The position numbers were made by a program, and so were the translations under genes. Below the pieces are notes generated by a model. The model did no database searches and was not told where the DNA came from. It saw nothing but the letters and a program-made list of their open reading frames with translations. Shown one piece after another: positions 10,492-20,313 of a stretch of DNA of 64,000 nt. Origin of the DNA: Syntrophales bacterium. GTDB taxonomy: Bacteria; Desulfobacterota; Syntrophia; Syntrophales; UBA2210. Position 1 is the first letter of the stretch. The number at the start of each line of letters is the position of its first letter. The stretch spans positions 1,440,001 to 1,504,000 of the forward strand of contig CAXXNF010000001.1 in the NCBI GenBank assembly GCA_963666365.2, in the 5' to 3' direction.

Positions 10492-11226
10492 ATGCAAAAG
10501 GTGTCACTCTTTATTCCCTGTACGGTTGATCTCTTCCTTCCCGAGATCGGCGAGGCAACCGTAACGGTGCTTCGGCGCTTGGGTGTGCACCCGGTGTATC
10601 ATGAGGAGCAGACCTGCTGCGGTCAGCCGGCCATGAACGCCGGATATCGGGACCAGGCGCGAAAGGCGGCGAAGCATTTTATCCGCATCTTCGGCGACGA
10701 CGAGGTGATCGTCAGTCCCTCCGGGTCCTGTGTGTACATGGTCACACATCACTATCCGGAACTTTTGAGCAATGAGCCGGGGTGGCTGCGACGGGCGGAA
10801 GAGCTCTCGGGCCGCGTGTACGAACTGACACAATATATTGTCGATATCCTCGGTGTCGACGATGTGGGCGCCCGGTTCGAAGGAAAAATAACCTATCACG
10901 AATCCTGTCACATCCTTCGCGGTCTCGGGGTGTCGGCGCAACCTAAAAAATTACTGACCGGTATTGCCGGCGCTGAAATCGTGCCGCTTTTTGCGGCGGA
11001 TTTCTGCTGTGGTTTCGGCGGCGAGTTTGCACACACCTATCACTACATATCCGAAGAGATGGTAAAGGAAAAGGTGCAGCATTTCATCAACAGCGGCGCC
11101 GACGTGCTGACATTATGCGAACCGGGTTGCCTTCTCAATATCAACGGATATCTCAGCCGCCATCACCCGGAGAAAAGAGTGATCCATATGGCGAACCTCT
11201 TGGCCGGTGCGGGGAAGGAGGGCTGA
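10492..11226 (+). CDS. lutA: LutA/LldE-like CCG-domain Fe-S oxidoreductase subunit
   Basis: QTCCGQP, SPSGSC, YHESCH, CCGFGG motifs. Confidence 0.88.
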   Translation: MQKVSLFIPCTVDLFLPEIGEATVTVLRRLGVHPVYHEEQTCCGQPAMNAGYRDQARKAAKHFIRIFGDDEVIVSPSGSCVYMVTHHYPELLSNEPGWLRRAEELSGRVYELTQYIVDILGVDDVGARFEGKITYHESCHILRGLGVSAQPKKLLTGIAGAEIVPLFAADFCCGFGGEFAHTYHYISEEMVKEKVQHFINSGADVLTLCEPGCLLNINGYLSRHHPEKRVIHMANLLAGAGKEG

Positions 11227-11227
11227 C

Positions 11228-12673
11228 ATGAAGATTAAAACAGAGCAGTTTAATGAGGTTGCAAAAAAAGAAATCAAGAATGAATACGCCCGCGCCTTCC
11301 TGGGATTGCTCCCGCCTGTCATCGCCATGCGGCGCCAGCAGGTAATGAGTTCCTTCCCCGATCCCGACGCGGCACTTGCCTACGGGCAGGCCATTCGTGC
11401 CGAAGCCGTGGAGCGATTACCCGAGTTGCTTGAAGAATTCGAGAAAAATGCCTGTGCGCAGGGCGCGCAGGTGCTGTGGGCCCGTGATGCGAAAGAGGCG
11501 AACCAAATGGTGCTTGCCATCGCGAAGGAGCGAAATATCGACTATCTCACCAAGGGAAAATCGATGGTGACGGAAGAGATGGGTCTGAACGAGATCCTCA
11601 TTAAAGAGGGGATCGATACCTATGAGACGGATCTTGGCGAGTTTATCGCCCAGCAGCTGGAACGTCCCCCCTTTCATATTGTCGGTCCCGCCATTAATGT
11701 GCCCGTTGAAGAAGTCTGCGATCTCTTCATGAGAAAAGCCGATATGAAAGAAGCCACCACCGATCCGGTCGAGCTGGGGTATGCGGCGAGGCTCTTTCTT
11801 CGGGATAAATTTCACCACATCGAAATGGGGGTCACCGGCGTCAATATGGCGGTCGCCGAAACGGGCACGATTATCAACGTGGAAAACGAGGGGAATATCC
11901 GATTCAATAAATCCTCGCCCAAAACGCAGGTGTCGATTATGAGCGTTGAGAAGGTCGTGCCCACCATGTCCGACGCCATGCACCTCCTGCGCCTGCTCTG
12001 CAGAAGCTGCACGGGACAGAAGATATCCGCCTATGTATCCATGGACAGCGGTCCGAAAAAGGCCGATGAAATCGACGGCCCCGAAGAATTATTTATCATT
12101 ATAATCGATAACGGTCGCTCGGACTTCTATGAGGATCGCATGGCCCGCGAAGCCTTGAGATGCATTCGCTGCGGGGCCTGTCTGAATATCTGTCCCGTCT
12201 ATTCGAAAATAGGGGGGTATCCTTACGGGTGGGCCTACTCCGGTCCCATGGGACAGGTGCTCAATCCGCTTCTTCTCGGTCTCGACAAGACGCAGGATCT
12301 TTATCGCGCCTGCACGCTGTGCGGTACCTGCCGGGATGTCTGTCCCGGAGGTGTGGACCACCCCTCGCTTTTTCTTTATTATCGAGCCAAGGATGTGGAA
12401 GGGGACCGGAAGTTTAAGGGAAAACGGCGCAGTCGGAAGGAAATGCGCTTCTTCGATCTATGGAGCCGGGCCGTTTCTCACCGCTGGCTGTGGAACCTCG
12501 GCGTCAAAGGGGTTCGTCCCTTCCTCAACAGATATGCCCGGGCCGGAGTGATACACAGCATGGGCCGATTTTTCGAGGGATGGTTCAAGGAACGGAACTT
12601 GCCCGCCCTGGCGAAAAAGTCCTTTCATGAACGGTGGAAGGAAATAAAGATCAAAACAGAACCCCCGGCATGA
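11228..12673 (+). CDS. lutB: LutB/LldF-like LUD-domain Fe-S protein
   Basis: KSMVTEE, ETDLGEFI, ENEGN, CIRCGACLNICP, CTLCGTCRDVCP; AGGAGG RBS before ATG 11228. Confidence 0.9.
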   Translation: MKIKTEQFNEVAKKEIKNEYARAFLGLLPPVIAMRRQQVMSSFPDPDAALAYGQAIRAEAVERLPELLEEFEKNACAQGAQVLWARDAKEANQMVLAIAKERNIDYLTKGKSMVTEEMGLNEILIKEGIDTYETDLGEFIAQQLERPPFHIVGPAINVPVEEVCDLFMRKADMKEATTDPVELGYAARLFLRDKFHHIEMGVTGVNMAVAETGTIINVENEGNIRFNKSSPKTQVSIMSVEKVVPTMSDAMHLLRLLCRSCTGQKISAYVSMDSGPKKADEIDGPEELFIIIIDNGRSDFYEDRMAREALRCIRCGACLNICPVYSKIGGYPYGWAYSGPMGQVLNPLLLGLDKTQDLYRACTLCGTCRDVCPGGVDHPSLFLYYRAKDVEGDRKFKGKRRSRKEMRFFDLWSRAVSHRWLWNLGVKGVRPFLNRYARAGVIHSMGRFFEGWFKERNLPALAKKSFHERWKEIKIKTEPPA

Positions 12674-12715
12674 TCGGGTCGAAATACAGGCCCGCTCTAT
12701 AGGAGGAAATTACAA

Positions 12716-13387
12716 ATGAATCGAAGCGCACGTGATGAAATTCTGACCAGACTGAAAGGGACGTCCCCAGGGGAACTCCCCCCAAGACCGGAAATGCCCC
12801 CCCTGAGGGAACTGGCTTTGAGTCCTGAGGAAATGATTGCAAAGTTTACCGAAGAGCTGGTGCTTCAGGAAGGAGTGGTGCATCGGGTAAAGAGTAATGA
12901 CGAGGTTTTGATGAAACTGACGGAAATCGCCGCTTCGGAGGGATTGAAGGAGGTAATCGTTTCGACTGACGATGTTGTCGCCGCCCTGGACCTGCCCTCG
13001 TGGGGGAAGAATCACGGCGTGACCGTTCGCTCGTCCGCTGATTTTTCTGACAGGAACGCCTTTAAGGATGAGGCATTCACGAAAGCCGATGCCGGCATTA
13101 CCGGCGCCGATTATGCCGTAGCCGAGAGTGGAACGCTCGGTAGTATTCATGATAAGGATCAGCCGCGACTCCTTTCGCTGGCGCCGATTATGCATATTGC
13201 CATAGTACCCGTTGCCCGCATGGTTGCCGTCTATGAGCAGGCGACCGAGGCCGTGTACGGCGAGAAAAAAACCATTCCACCCCACTTTACTTTTATCACG
13301 GGACCGAGTATGACGGCGGATATCAAGGCGACCCCATTCAAGGGGATGCACGGTCCACGCAGGTTGATCGTGATCCTGATCGGCTAG
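12716..13387 (+). CDS. lutC: LutC/LldG-like LUD-domain protein
   Basis: AVAESGT, RLLSLAP, ITGPSMTADI, GMHGP. Confidence 0.88.
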   Translation: MNRSARDEILTRLKGTSPGELPPRPEMPPLRELALSPEEMIAKFTEELVLQEGVVHRVKSNDEVLMKLTEIAASEGLKEVIVSTDDVVAALDLPSWGKNHGVTVRSSADFSDRNAFKDEAFTKADAGITGADYAVAESGTLGSIHDKDQPRLLSLAPIMHIAIVPVARMVAVYEQATEAVYGEKKTIPPHFTFITGPSMTADIKATPFKGMHGPRRLIVILIG

Positions 13388-13444
13388 AGTCAGGACTGTG
13401 CTCCGACAGCTGACTGCCGGCAGGGACTGAGAAAGGATTGTGCC

Positions 13445-14698
13445 ATGAAAACAGTTTCGATTCCATCACGTCTCTGGTACGAAAACGAAGAACGGGAACT
13501 CACCTTTCCCGATCGATGGGATGTGGATAATCTGACATCGCCGGGGTTCGACAAGCCCGGACTTTCACCGGAAGAAATCGGGAACAGGGTGGCGCACCCG
13601 ATCGAAGGGCCGACCCTGGAAGCGCTTGCGAAAGGAAAACGCCAGGCCGTGATCGTCTTTGACGACATGACCCGCCCCACGCCGGTGAAAGACGTGGCGC
13701 CCCAGGTGCTCGATGCGCTTCATGAGGCGGGCTTTCAGAAAGACCAGATACGGTTCATCTGGGCCTTGGGCAGCCATGGCGCCTACGATATGATCAACGC
13801 CCGGAAGAAACTGGGAGATTACATCGTCGAAAATTATGCCGTGTATAATCACGACCCTTTTCAGAACACCGTCAGGGTGGGAAGAACGCCGACGGGTGTC
13901 GAGGTGTGGCTGAACCGGGAGTTCATGCACTGCGATCTGAAGATCGGGATCGGCTGCATCACGGCCCATGTCCATGTCGGGTTCGGCGGAGGGGGTAAAA
14001 TCATTCTTCCCGGTGTTGCGGGGATAGAATCGATAAACCAATTTCACAATCAGCTGCATCGGGATCAGAGCCGGACCGGCCTCGGCAAGTTCGACAACAA
14101 CATCATGCGGGCGGAATGCGATGCCGCAGCCGAAATGGCGGGATTGGGCTTCAAAGTCGACTGTCTGCTCAACCGCAGGGGAGAGATCACCAATCTCTAT
14201 GCCGGGCACTTTAAGGCGACCCATGCCGCCGGCGCCGAAGAAGGGAAGGAGCATTACGGAATTCCCTACGCGGGCGGGTACGATGTCGCCGTCTGCAATT
14301 CCTATGGGAAGGCCAATGAATCGGCCATCGCCCTGCTTTTGTCGCTCATGGCCCTGAGAACGGATGGCGCCGGCACGGCGGTTCTTGTCGCGGATGCACC
14401 GGAAGGGCAGGTTCCTCATTATGTCATGCGGGGCTGGGGCTCCGATTACGGCGGCCGTCATTACGTACCCAAGGTGAAAGGCCAGAGCATGATCACACCC
14501 TTTATGAAACGTCTTATTGTCTTTGCCCCCCAACCCGACAGGACCATGCTCGACCTGATATGCCATATTGATGACGCCGTCATCGTGAAAACCTGGTCCG
14601 ACGTGCTAAGGCTGCTCGATGAGGATTATCCGAACAGCGCCCGCGTCGCCGTCATTCAGGACGGCACGATGCAATATATGAAACCGCCTCAATCATAG
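13445..14698 (+). CDS. LarA-family nickel-pincer-dependent 2-hydroxy-acid racemase/epimerase
   Basis: DDMTRPTP, ALGSH, HVHVGFGGGGKIILPG (catalytic His and cofactor Lys region), NQFH. Confidence 0.85.
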   Translation: MKTVSIPSRLWYENEERELTFPDRWDVDNLTSPGFDKPGLSPEEIGNRVAHPIEGPTLEALAKGKRQAVIVFDDMTRPTPVKDVAPQVLDALHEAGFQKDQIRFIWALGSHGAYDMINARKKLGDYIVENYAVYNHDPFQNTVRVGRTPTGVEVWLNREFMHCDLKIGIGCITAHVHVGFGGGGKIILPGVAGIESINQFHNQLHRDQSRTGLGKFDNNIMRAECDAAAEMAGLGFKVDCLLNRRGEITNLYAGHFKATHAAGAEEGKEHYGIPYAGGYDVAVCNSYGKANESAIALLLSLMALRTDGAGTAVLVADAPEGQVPHYVMRGWGSDYGGRHYVPKVKGQSMITPFMKRLIVFAPQPDRTMLDLICHIDDAVIVKTWSDVLRLLDEDYPNSARVAVIQDGTMQYMKPPQS

Positions 14699-14707
14699 GG
14701 TGATGTC

Positions 14708-14980
14708 GTGAAGAACAATGCACTGATCGTCAACAAAAAGGATAATGTAGCCGTTGCGCTCCGCGATCTTAAGGCGAAGGAAACGGTAATAATAGAGGGC
14801 GAGGCGCGCTTCGCCGTCGTTGAAGATATTCCTGCCAGCCACAAGCTGGCATTGCGGGATATTGACGCAGCGGAAGAAATCGTGAAGTACGGTGAAGTCG
14901 TAGGCGTGAGTGTCAAGACAATCATGAGAGGCGCCTGGGTTCACACACACAATCTGGAGAGCCGGCGGTGGAAGAAATGA
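14708..14980 (+). CDS. UxaA-family dehydratase/lyase small (SAF-domain) subunit
   Basis: DNVAVAL, IPASHKLAL, IVKYGEVVG, WVHTHN. Confidence 0.88.
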   Translation: MKNNALIVNKKDNVAVALRDLKAKETVIIEGEARFAVVEDIPASHKLALRDIDAAEEIVKYGEVVGVSVKTIMRGAWVHTHNLESRRWKK

Positions 14981-16137
14981 GAGGAATTACCGGATATAGG
15001 AGAAGCGACGGCCGCGTGGGCATTCGCAACCATGTATTGATTCTCCCCACTGTTTCCTGCGTAAACGGTGTGGCGAGCCGTATCGGGAAGGCCGTTCCCG
15101 ATGCCGTTGCGGTCACGCACGGCCATGGCTGCGGCCGGGGAGGCCCCCGTGATATCGAAATACTCTTTCGTGTGCTTACGGGTATGGTAAAAAACCCCAA
15201 CGTGGGGGCCGTGGTTCTGATAGGACTGGGATGTGAGGTGTCGAACATAAAAAATCTGATGCCCATGATCGAAGATGTGGGCAAGCCCCTTTCCATATTC
15301 AATGTGCAGGACGATGGCGGGTCGCTGAAAACGGCTGAAAAAGGGATCGAGGCGGCGCACCGATACGTACAGGAACTGGCGGTACAGGAACGCGAACCGA
15401 TTTCCTGGGATGAACTGCTCGTTGCCATCGAATGCGGAGGGTCCGATGCCATGTCGGGCGTGACAGCCAACGTGGCCATGGGGGCCGTTTCGGACTGGCT
15501 GGTCGCCCGGGGCGCCACGGTCATGTTCGGCGAAAACACTGAAATGATCGGTACGGCCCATGTGCTGTCGCGGCGCGCCAAAGATCCTGAAACCGGTGAA
15601 AAAATCGAGCAAATGGTGGACCGGGCGGAAGCCCTGACGCAGGATATTATGGGCGAGCTTGCCGGCCTGGTGATCTCGCCGGGCAATATGGACGGAGGGA
15701 TGAGTACGATTGCCGAAAAATCCATGGGGTGCATCGTCAAAGGGGGCACGACCACTATCAATGAAGTGGTGGATTACGGAGTGGCCCCTACTGAAAAGGG
15801 CCTGGTGCTGCAGGATGGACCCGGCTACGATGCCGATTCGATGGGAGGCTTTGCGGCAAGCGGGGCGCAGTTGATGTTTTTTTCCACAGGCCGGGGTACG
15901 CCGGCGGGATTTCCGACGGTGCCGGTGATCAAGGTTGCCAGCAACAGCCGCGTGTACCGGGCCATGGAAGACGATATCGATGTCAATGCGGGGCGTTTGG
16001 TGGAAGGCGCGTCGCTGGAGGCGCTGCGCGACGAAATGATCGATCTGATGATCCGGGTCATTAACGGCATGCAGACCAAACCGGAGGCCAACGGCATGGG
16101 CCTGTTTACCTTTATGACAGTCCACCCGCCCTTTTAA
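14977..16137 (+). CDS. UxaA-family dehydratase/lyase large subunit (altronate dehydratase / SuyB-like)
   Basis: GYRRSDGRVGIRNHV, HGHGCG, NPNVG, LGCE, ECGGSD, FSTGRG; ATGA overlap with small subunit. Confidence 0.88.
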   Translation: MRGITGYRRSDGRVGIRNHVLILPTVSCVNGVASRIGKAVPDAVAVTHGHGCGRGGPRDIEILFRVLTGMVKNPNVGAVVLIGLGCEVSNIKNLMPMIEDVGKPLSIFNVQDDGGSLKTAEKGIEAAHRYVQELAVQEREPISWDELLVAIECGGSDAMSGVTANVAMGAVSDWLVARGATVMFGENTEMIGTAHVLSRRAKDPETGEKIEQMVDRAEALTQDIMGELAGLVISPGNMDGGMSTIAEKSMGCIVKGGTTTINEVVDYGVAPTEKGLVLQDGPGYDADSMGGFAASGAQLMFFSTGRGTPAGFPTVPVIKVASNSRVYRAMEDDIDVNAGRLVEGASLEALRDEMIDLMIRVINGMQTKPEANGMGLFTFMTVHPPF

Positions 16138-16156
16138 GATAGCGGACTCTTTTCAG

Positions 16157-17260
16157 CTCCTGCCGAGGCGCAGCGTTCGCTGAAAAACCCTGCGCGAGAT
16201 GCGTTTCTTTTTTGTCTCCCGCAGGGACGCTGAGCCCGCAGAGAAAAGCCTTTTAATATCTCTCAAATCCTCTGCATTCTCCGCGCCCCTGCGCGAAATG
16301 CTTTTTCTTTTTTGTTCTCCCGCAGGGACGCGGAGCTCGCTGAGAAAACCTATTTTATATGCTTCTTTTTTCTCTCTCTTCCTCTGCGCCTCTGCGTCTC
16401 TGCGCGAGATGCGTTTCTTTTGTGTCTCCCGCAGGGACGCCGAGCCCGCAGAGAAAAGCCTTTTTATATCTCTCAAATCCTCTGCATTCTCCGCGTCCCT
16501 GCGCGAAATGCTTTTTCTTTTTTGTTCTCCCGCAGGGACGCGGAGCTCGCTGAGAAAACCTATTTTATATGCTTCTTTTTTCTCTCTCTTCCTCTGCGCC
16601 TCAGCGTCTCTGCGCGAAATGCTTTTCTTCTTTTGTTCTCTCGCAGGGACGCCGAGCCCGCTGAGAAAAGCCTTGTATATTTTCCCTCTTACACTCTTTG
16701 CAGTTCTGCGGACTCTGCGCGATATTTCCTACCCTTCCTACCCTTCCTACTCTTCTTACTTTTCCTACTTTTCTATTCCCCTGCGCGATCTTGCGTCTCT
16801 TTCTTTTACCTTTTTGTGCTCCCGCAGAGCCGTAGTGACCGCTGAGAACGCCAATTTATTTTTTTCTTTTCTCTTTTCCCTTGCGCCTCTGCGTCTCTGC
16901 GCGAGATGCGTTTCTTTTGTGTCTCCCGCAGGGACGCCGAGCCCGCAGAGAAAAGCCTTTTTATATCTCTCAAATCCTCTGCATTCTCCGCGTCCCTGCG
17001 CGAAATGCTTTTTCTTTTTTGTTCTCCCGCAGGGACGTGGAGCTCGCTGAGAAAACCTATTTTATATGCTTCTTTTTTCTCTCTCTTCCTCTGCGCCTCT
17101 GCGTCTCTGCGCGAGATGCGTTTCTTTTGTGTCTCCCGCAGGGACGCCGAGCCCGCAGAGAAAAGCCTTGTATATTTTCCCTCTTACACTCTTTGCAGTT
17201 CTGCGGACTCTGCGCGATATTTCCTACCCTTCTTACTTTTCCTACTTTTCTATCCCCCTG
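16157..17260 (+). repeat. Mosaic hairpin repeat array A (CGCAG/CTGCG modules, 210-bp super-period)
   Basis: ctgcgcga(g/a)atg recurs at 16190, 16400, 16610 and 16897, 17107; modules separated by T-rich linkers; internal TTCCTACYY 9-mer runs. Confidence 0.95.
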
Positions 17261-17271
17261 CCGAGAATTCA

Positions 17272-17304
17272 ACCAGACAGACCAAACAGACCAGACAGAC
17301 CAGA
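17272..17304 (+). repeat. Nonamer tandem repeat ACCARACAG
   Basis: accagacag accaaacag accagacag accaga. Confidence 0.85.
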
Positions 17305-17320
17305 TCGACGTCCTTCACTT

Positions 17321-17336
17321 TGGCATGGAAATTGAT
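17321..17336 (+). promoter_or_regulatory. Possible sigma-54 promoter (-12 variant GA) upstream of the activator gene
   Basis: TGGCATGGAAATTGAT: GG-N10-GA, about 45 bp before ATG 17382. Confidence 0.3.
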
Positions 17337-17381
17337 AGAATTACGCTGATAACTCAATTCTTCATGCCGGGAGAAGTGCCG

Positions 17382-19676
17382 ATGCGAGGTTGTGAGAACG
17401 CAACTATCCGAAACAAGAGTGAAATAATTCATGACATTGCCGATTTTATTCCTGATGCCCTCTTTGCGATTAATGCACACCGGGAAATAATTTCCTGGAA
17501 CAGGGCGATGGAGGAGATGACGGGCATAAAGGCAGAGGATATCGTTGGAAAGAACCAGGGGGTCTGTGCCGTTGCATTCTATGGAATCTTCCGTCCACTG
17601 CTCACCGATTACATCTTTTCAAGCGATGACTCGTTACGGCAATATTATTCCCATACTTCACATCACGGCGATTCTGTCTGTTGCGAATCCTTTGCCCAAC
17701 ATCTCTATGACGGCAGGGGCTCCTATCTCTGGATAAAGGCGGCTCCCCTGCGGGATGCCTCCGGTAATGTGACGGGGGCAATCGAAACCATTCGCGACAT
17801 CACGGAATGGAAGAGGGCGGAGATGCTGACAGAAAGCCAGCGTGATCTGGCGGCAGCGCTCAACACCCTGACATCTCTGACGGAAGTGTTGAACGCCTGT
17901 GTCGAGACGGCCCTTTCGATATCTCAGATGGAATGCGGCGGCATCTACCTGGTTGATGAAAAAGCAGGAGGCCTGCGGCTCGTCTATCACAGAGGATTGT
18001 CCGATGATTTCGTTGCGCGGTCTGCATATTATCGGGAGGATTCTCAGAACTGCCAAATCGTGAAGAAGGGAAAACCACTATACTGCCATCATGGGGAGTT
18101 GACGGGCATCCTCGGTGCCCAGCAGATGCAGGAACAGCTTCAGTCCGTTGCCATAATTCCTGTTCACTACGAGAAGCGGGCAGTAGCATGCCTCACCATT
18201 GCATCACGTACCATGAAAGAAGTGCCCGCCTTTGTGCGCATTGCCCTTGAATCGTTGACGTCGCTGGCCGGAGCAGCGATTGCCCGGGTCAAGGCAAAGG
18301 AGGAGTTGAGAAAGAGCGAAGAAATGTTCAGGGCGCTGGCGGAAAATTCGAACGATACCATCATGCGGTTTGATGGACAGTGCCGGCACCTCTATGTAAG
18401 CCCCAAAGCGGAAAAGGAAGTGGGTATCCCCCGAGAGTTATTCATCGGAAAAACGCATAAAGAATTGGGATTCCCCGATGAACTCGTCGAACTGTGGGAA
18501 AGGGCGATTCGGGGGGTGTTCTTAGACGGAGCATCCAAAAGAATTGAATTCATGCTGCCCTCCCGGATATGGATAGACTGGCTGCTGGTGCCGGAGTTCG
18601 ACGAAAGGGGCAGCGTGAAAGCGGTGATGACCACGGCCCGCGATATTACGGAAAGAAAGCAGAGGGAACAGGAAGCACAGGAAGAAAGAGACCGTCTGGA
18701 GAAAGAAAACCGGCAGCTTCGATCGTCAATGAAGGATCGCTGGCGTCTCGGCGCCATCATCGGAAAAAGCGCCGCCATGCAGGAGGTCTATGAATTGATT
18801 CAGAGGGCTGCCGCCTCGGATGCAAACGTGATTGTCTATGGTGAATCGGGCACGGGAAAGGAACTGGCGGCCAGAGCCATTCATGATATGAGCAGCCGGA
18901 AAGACCGGGAGTTTGTGACGGTAAACTGCGGCGCCATTCCGGAGCATCTCCTGGAAAGCGAGTTTTTCGGGCACAAAAAGGGCGCCTTTACGGGGGCCCA
19001 TATTGATAAGCACGGCTATCTCGATATTGCCGACGGGGGCAGCCTGTTTCTCGATGAGATCGGCGAACTGGGCATGAACATCCAGGCAAAACTCCTGCGG
19101 GCCCTTGAGGGAGGGGGCTACAGTCCTGTCGGGCATGCCAGAGCTGAACAGTCCGATTTCCGCATTATCGCTGCAACTAACAGAAATCTCATCGATCATG
19201 TGAAACGGGGGATGCTGAGGGAAGATTTCTTCTATCGCATTCATGTGCTTCCGATACACCTGCCGCCTCTTCGCGAACGAAAGGAGGACATTCCCCTCCT
19301 GCTGGAGCATTTTATGGAAACTCACCATTTCGCCGACAGGGTCCCCATGATACCGGGGAAAATCCTGGATGCGTTTTTTGCCTATGACTGGCCCGGAAAC
19401 GTGAGAGAACTGCAGAATGTGTTGCTTCGCTATGTGACACTCAACAGCCTTGACTTCCCTTTGCCACGCATCTCCGATGCCCCTTGCCGGAAAGACCTGC
19501 CGGTTATGGAAGGCGCCACTCATGAATCCCTTGCTTCCTCTGTGGAGTATTATGAGAAGGATCTTATTGTAAAAACATTGAATGAAGCCAGATGGCATAA
19601 GGGGAATGCGGCATCCAGACTTGGAATATCCCGCAAAACGCTGTTTCGAAAAATGAAGACCCATGCCTTACTCTAG
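17382..19676 (+). CDS. Sigma-54-dependent transcriptional activator, PAS-GAF-PAS-AAA+-Fis HTH
   Basis: GESGTGKE, GAFTGA, FLDEIGE, WPGNVREL, C-terminal HTH; PAS/PAC motifs (RDITE twice); start chosen after GGAGA RBS. Confidence 0.93.
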   Translation: MRGCENATIRNKSEIIHDIADFIPDALFAINAHREIISWNRAMEEMTGIKAEDIVGKNQGVCAVAFYGIFRPLLTDYIFSSDDSLRQYYSHTSHHGDSVCCESFAQHLYDGRGSYLWIKAAPLRDASGNVTGAIETIRDITEWKRAEMLTESQRDLAAALNTLTSLTEVLNACVETALSISQMECGGIYLVDEKAGGLRLVYHRGLSDDFVARSAYYREDSQNCQIVKKGKPLYCHHGELTGILGAQQMQEQLQSVAIIPVHYEKRAVACLTIASRTMKEVPAFVRIALESLTSLAGAAIARVKAKEELRKSEEMFRALAENSNDTIMRFDGQCRHLYVSPKAEKEVGIPRELFIGKTHKELGFPDELVELWERAIRGVFLDGASKRIEFMLPSRIWIDWLLVPEFDERGSVKAVMTTARDITERKQREQEAQEERDRLEKENRQLRSSMKDRWRLGAIIGKSAAMQEVYELIQRAAASDANVIVYGESGTGKELAARAIHDMSSRKDREFVTVNCGAIPEHLLESEFFGHKKGAFTGAHIDKHGYLDIADGGSLFLDEIGELGMNIQAKLLRALEGGGYSPVGHARAEQSDFRIIAATNRNLIDHVKRGMLREDFFYRIHVLPIHLPPLRERKEDIPLLLEHFMETHHFADRVPMIPGKILDAFFAYDWPGNVRELQNVLLRYVTLNSLDFPLPRISDAPCRKDLPVMEGATHESLASSVEYYEKDLIVKTLNEARWHKGNAASRLGISRKTLFRKMKTHALL

Positions 19677-19684
19677 TCCCACAC

Positions 19685-19773
19685 TGGGTCATTTCTGACC
19701 CAAAAGACGATATTGTTAGTGTTTTCAGCCAGTTCAATTCATATTCTCCCCGTGGATGGGTCATTGTTGACCC
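19685..19773. promoter_or_regulatory. Two palindromic GGGTCA-N4-TGACCC sites, candidate upstream activator sequences
   Basis: tgggtca-tttc-tgaccca at 19685-19702 and gggtca-ttgt-tgaccc at 19758-19773. Confidence 0.7.
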
Positions 19774-19863
19774 GTCTGTCACTGCTGTCCTGCGGACAGT
19801 GAAAAACGGCTATACCTGTATATTCCCATAATTTACGGTATGTTGCGCGCTCCTCCTCCGGTG

Positions 19864-19878
19864 TGGCATGCCTCTTGC
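19864..19878 (+). promoter_or_regulatory. Sigma-54 (-24/-12) promoter
   Basis: TGGCATGCCTCTTGC matches TGGCAC-N5-TTGC with exact GG-N10-GC spacing. Confidence 0.8.
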
Positions 19879-19925
19879 CTTTGATGACGCTATGAAAAAC
19901 CCGTCGGCTGCTCGAAAGGTGCTCT

Positions 19926-20291
19926 ATGAATGTGCTGATTGTAGATGATGATACCGCTCTGTTGGATACGATCGTCGATACCGTGAGAAGCTGGGGTCAC
20001 CGGGCCGATGGGGCCGCAACCGGTCAAGGCGCACTGCAGAAAGTGGAGGATCGTTATTTTGATCTGATCGTGTGTGACATCTTTCTGCCCGACGTGAAAG
20101 GGCATCTGTTGATATCAAAGATAAAGGAGCGTTGGCCCCAGAGCCGTTTCATCAGTATGACCGGCTATAACACGCGGGATCTCGAGAGGGAAGTCAGAAG
20201 AGAGGGGGTCATGTACCACATGATCAAGCCCTTCGATATGGAGCATCTTTGCAGCATAATCAACCATATGAGCAAAAGAAAAGTGAATTGA
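19926..20291 (+). CDS. Single-domain response regulator (receiver)
   Basis: VLIVDDD, CDIFLPD (phospho-Asp), MTG, KPF. Confidence 0.9.
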   Translation: MNVLIVDDDTALLDTIVDTVRSWGHRADGAATGQGALQKVEDRYFDLIVCDIFLPDVKGHLLISKIKERWPQSRFISMTGYNTRDLEREVRREGVMYHMIKPFDMEHLCSIINHMSKRKVN

Positions 20292-20313
20292 TATACAAAA
20301 GGAGGCATAGATC

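Noticed and set aside
16153..17349. Long F/L/S/R-rich ORFs (e.g. 16199-17050, 283 aa) and similar ORFs over the other arrays
   Set aside because: They are translations of the mosaic repeats, open in several frames and on both strands, with no RBS or recognisable motif
16881..17381. N-terminal extension giving a 931-aa activator
   Set aside because: The extension runs through repeat array A and the nonamer run; a start with RBS exists at 17382
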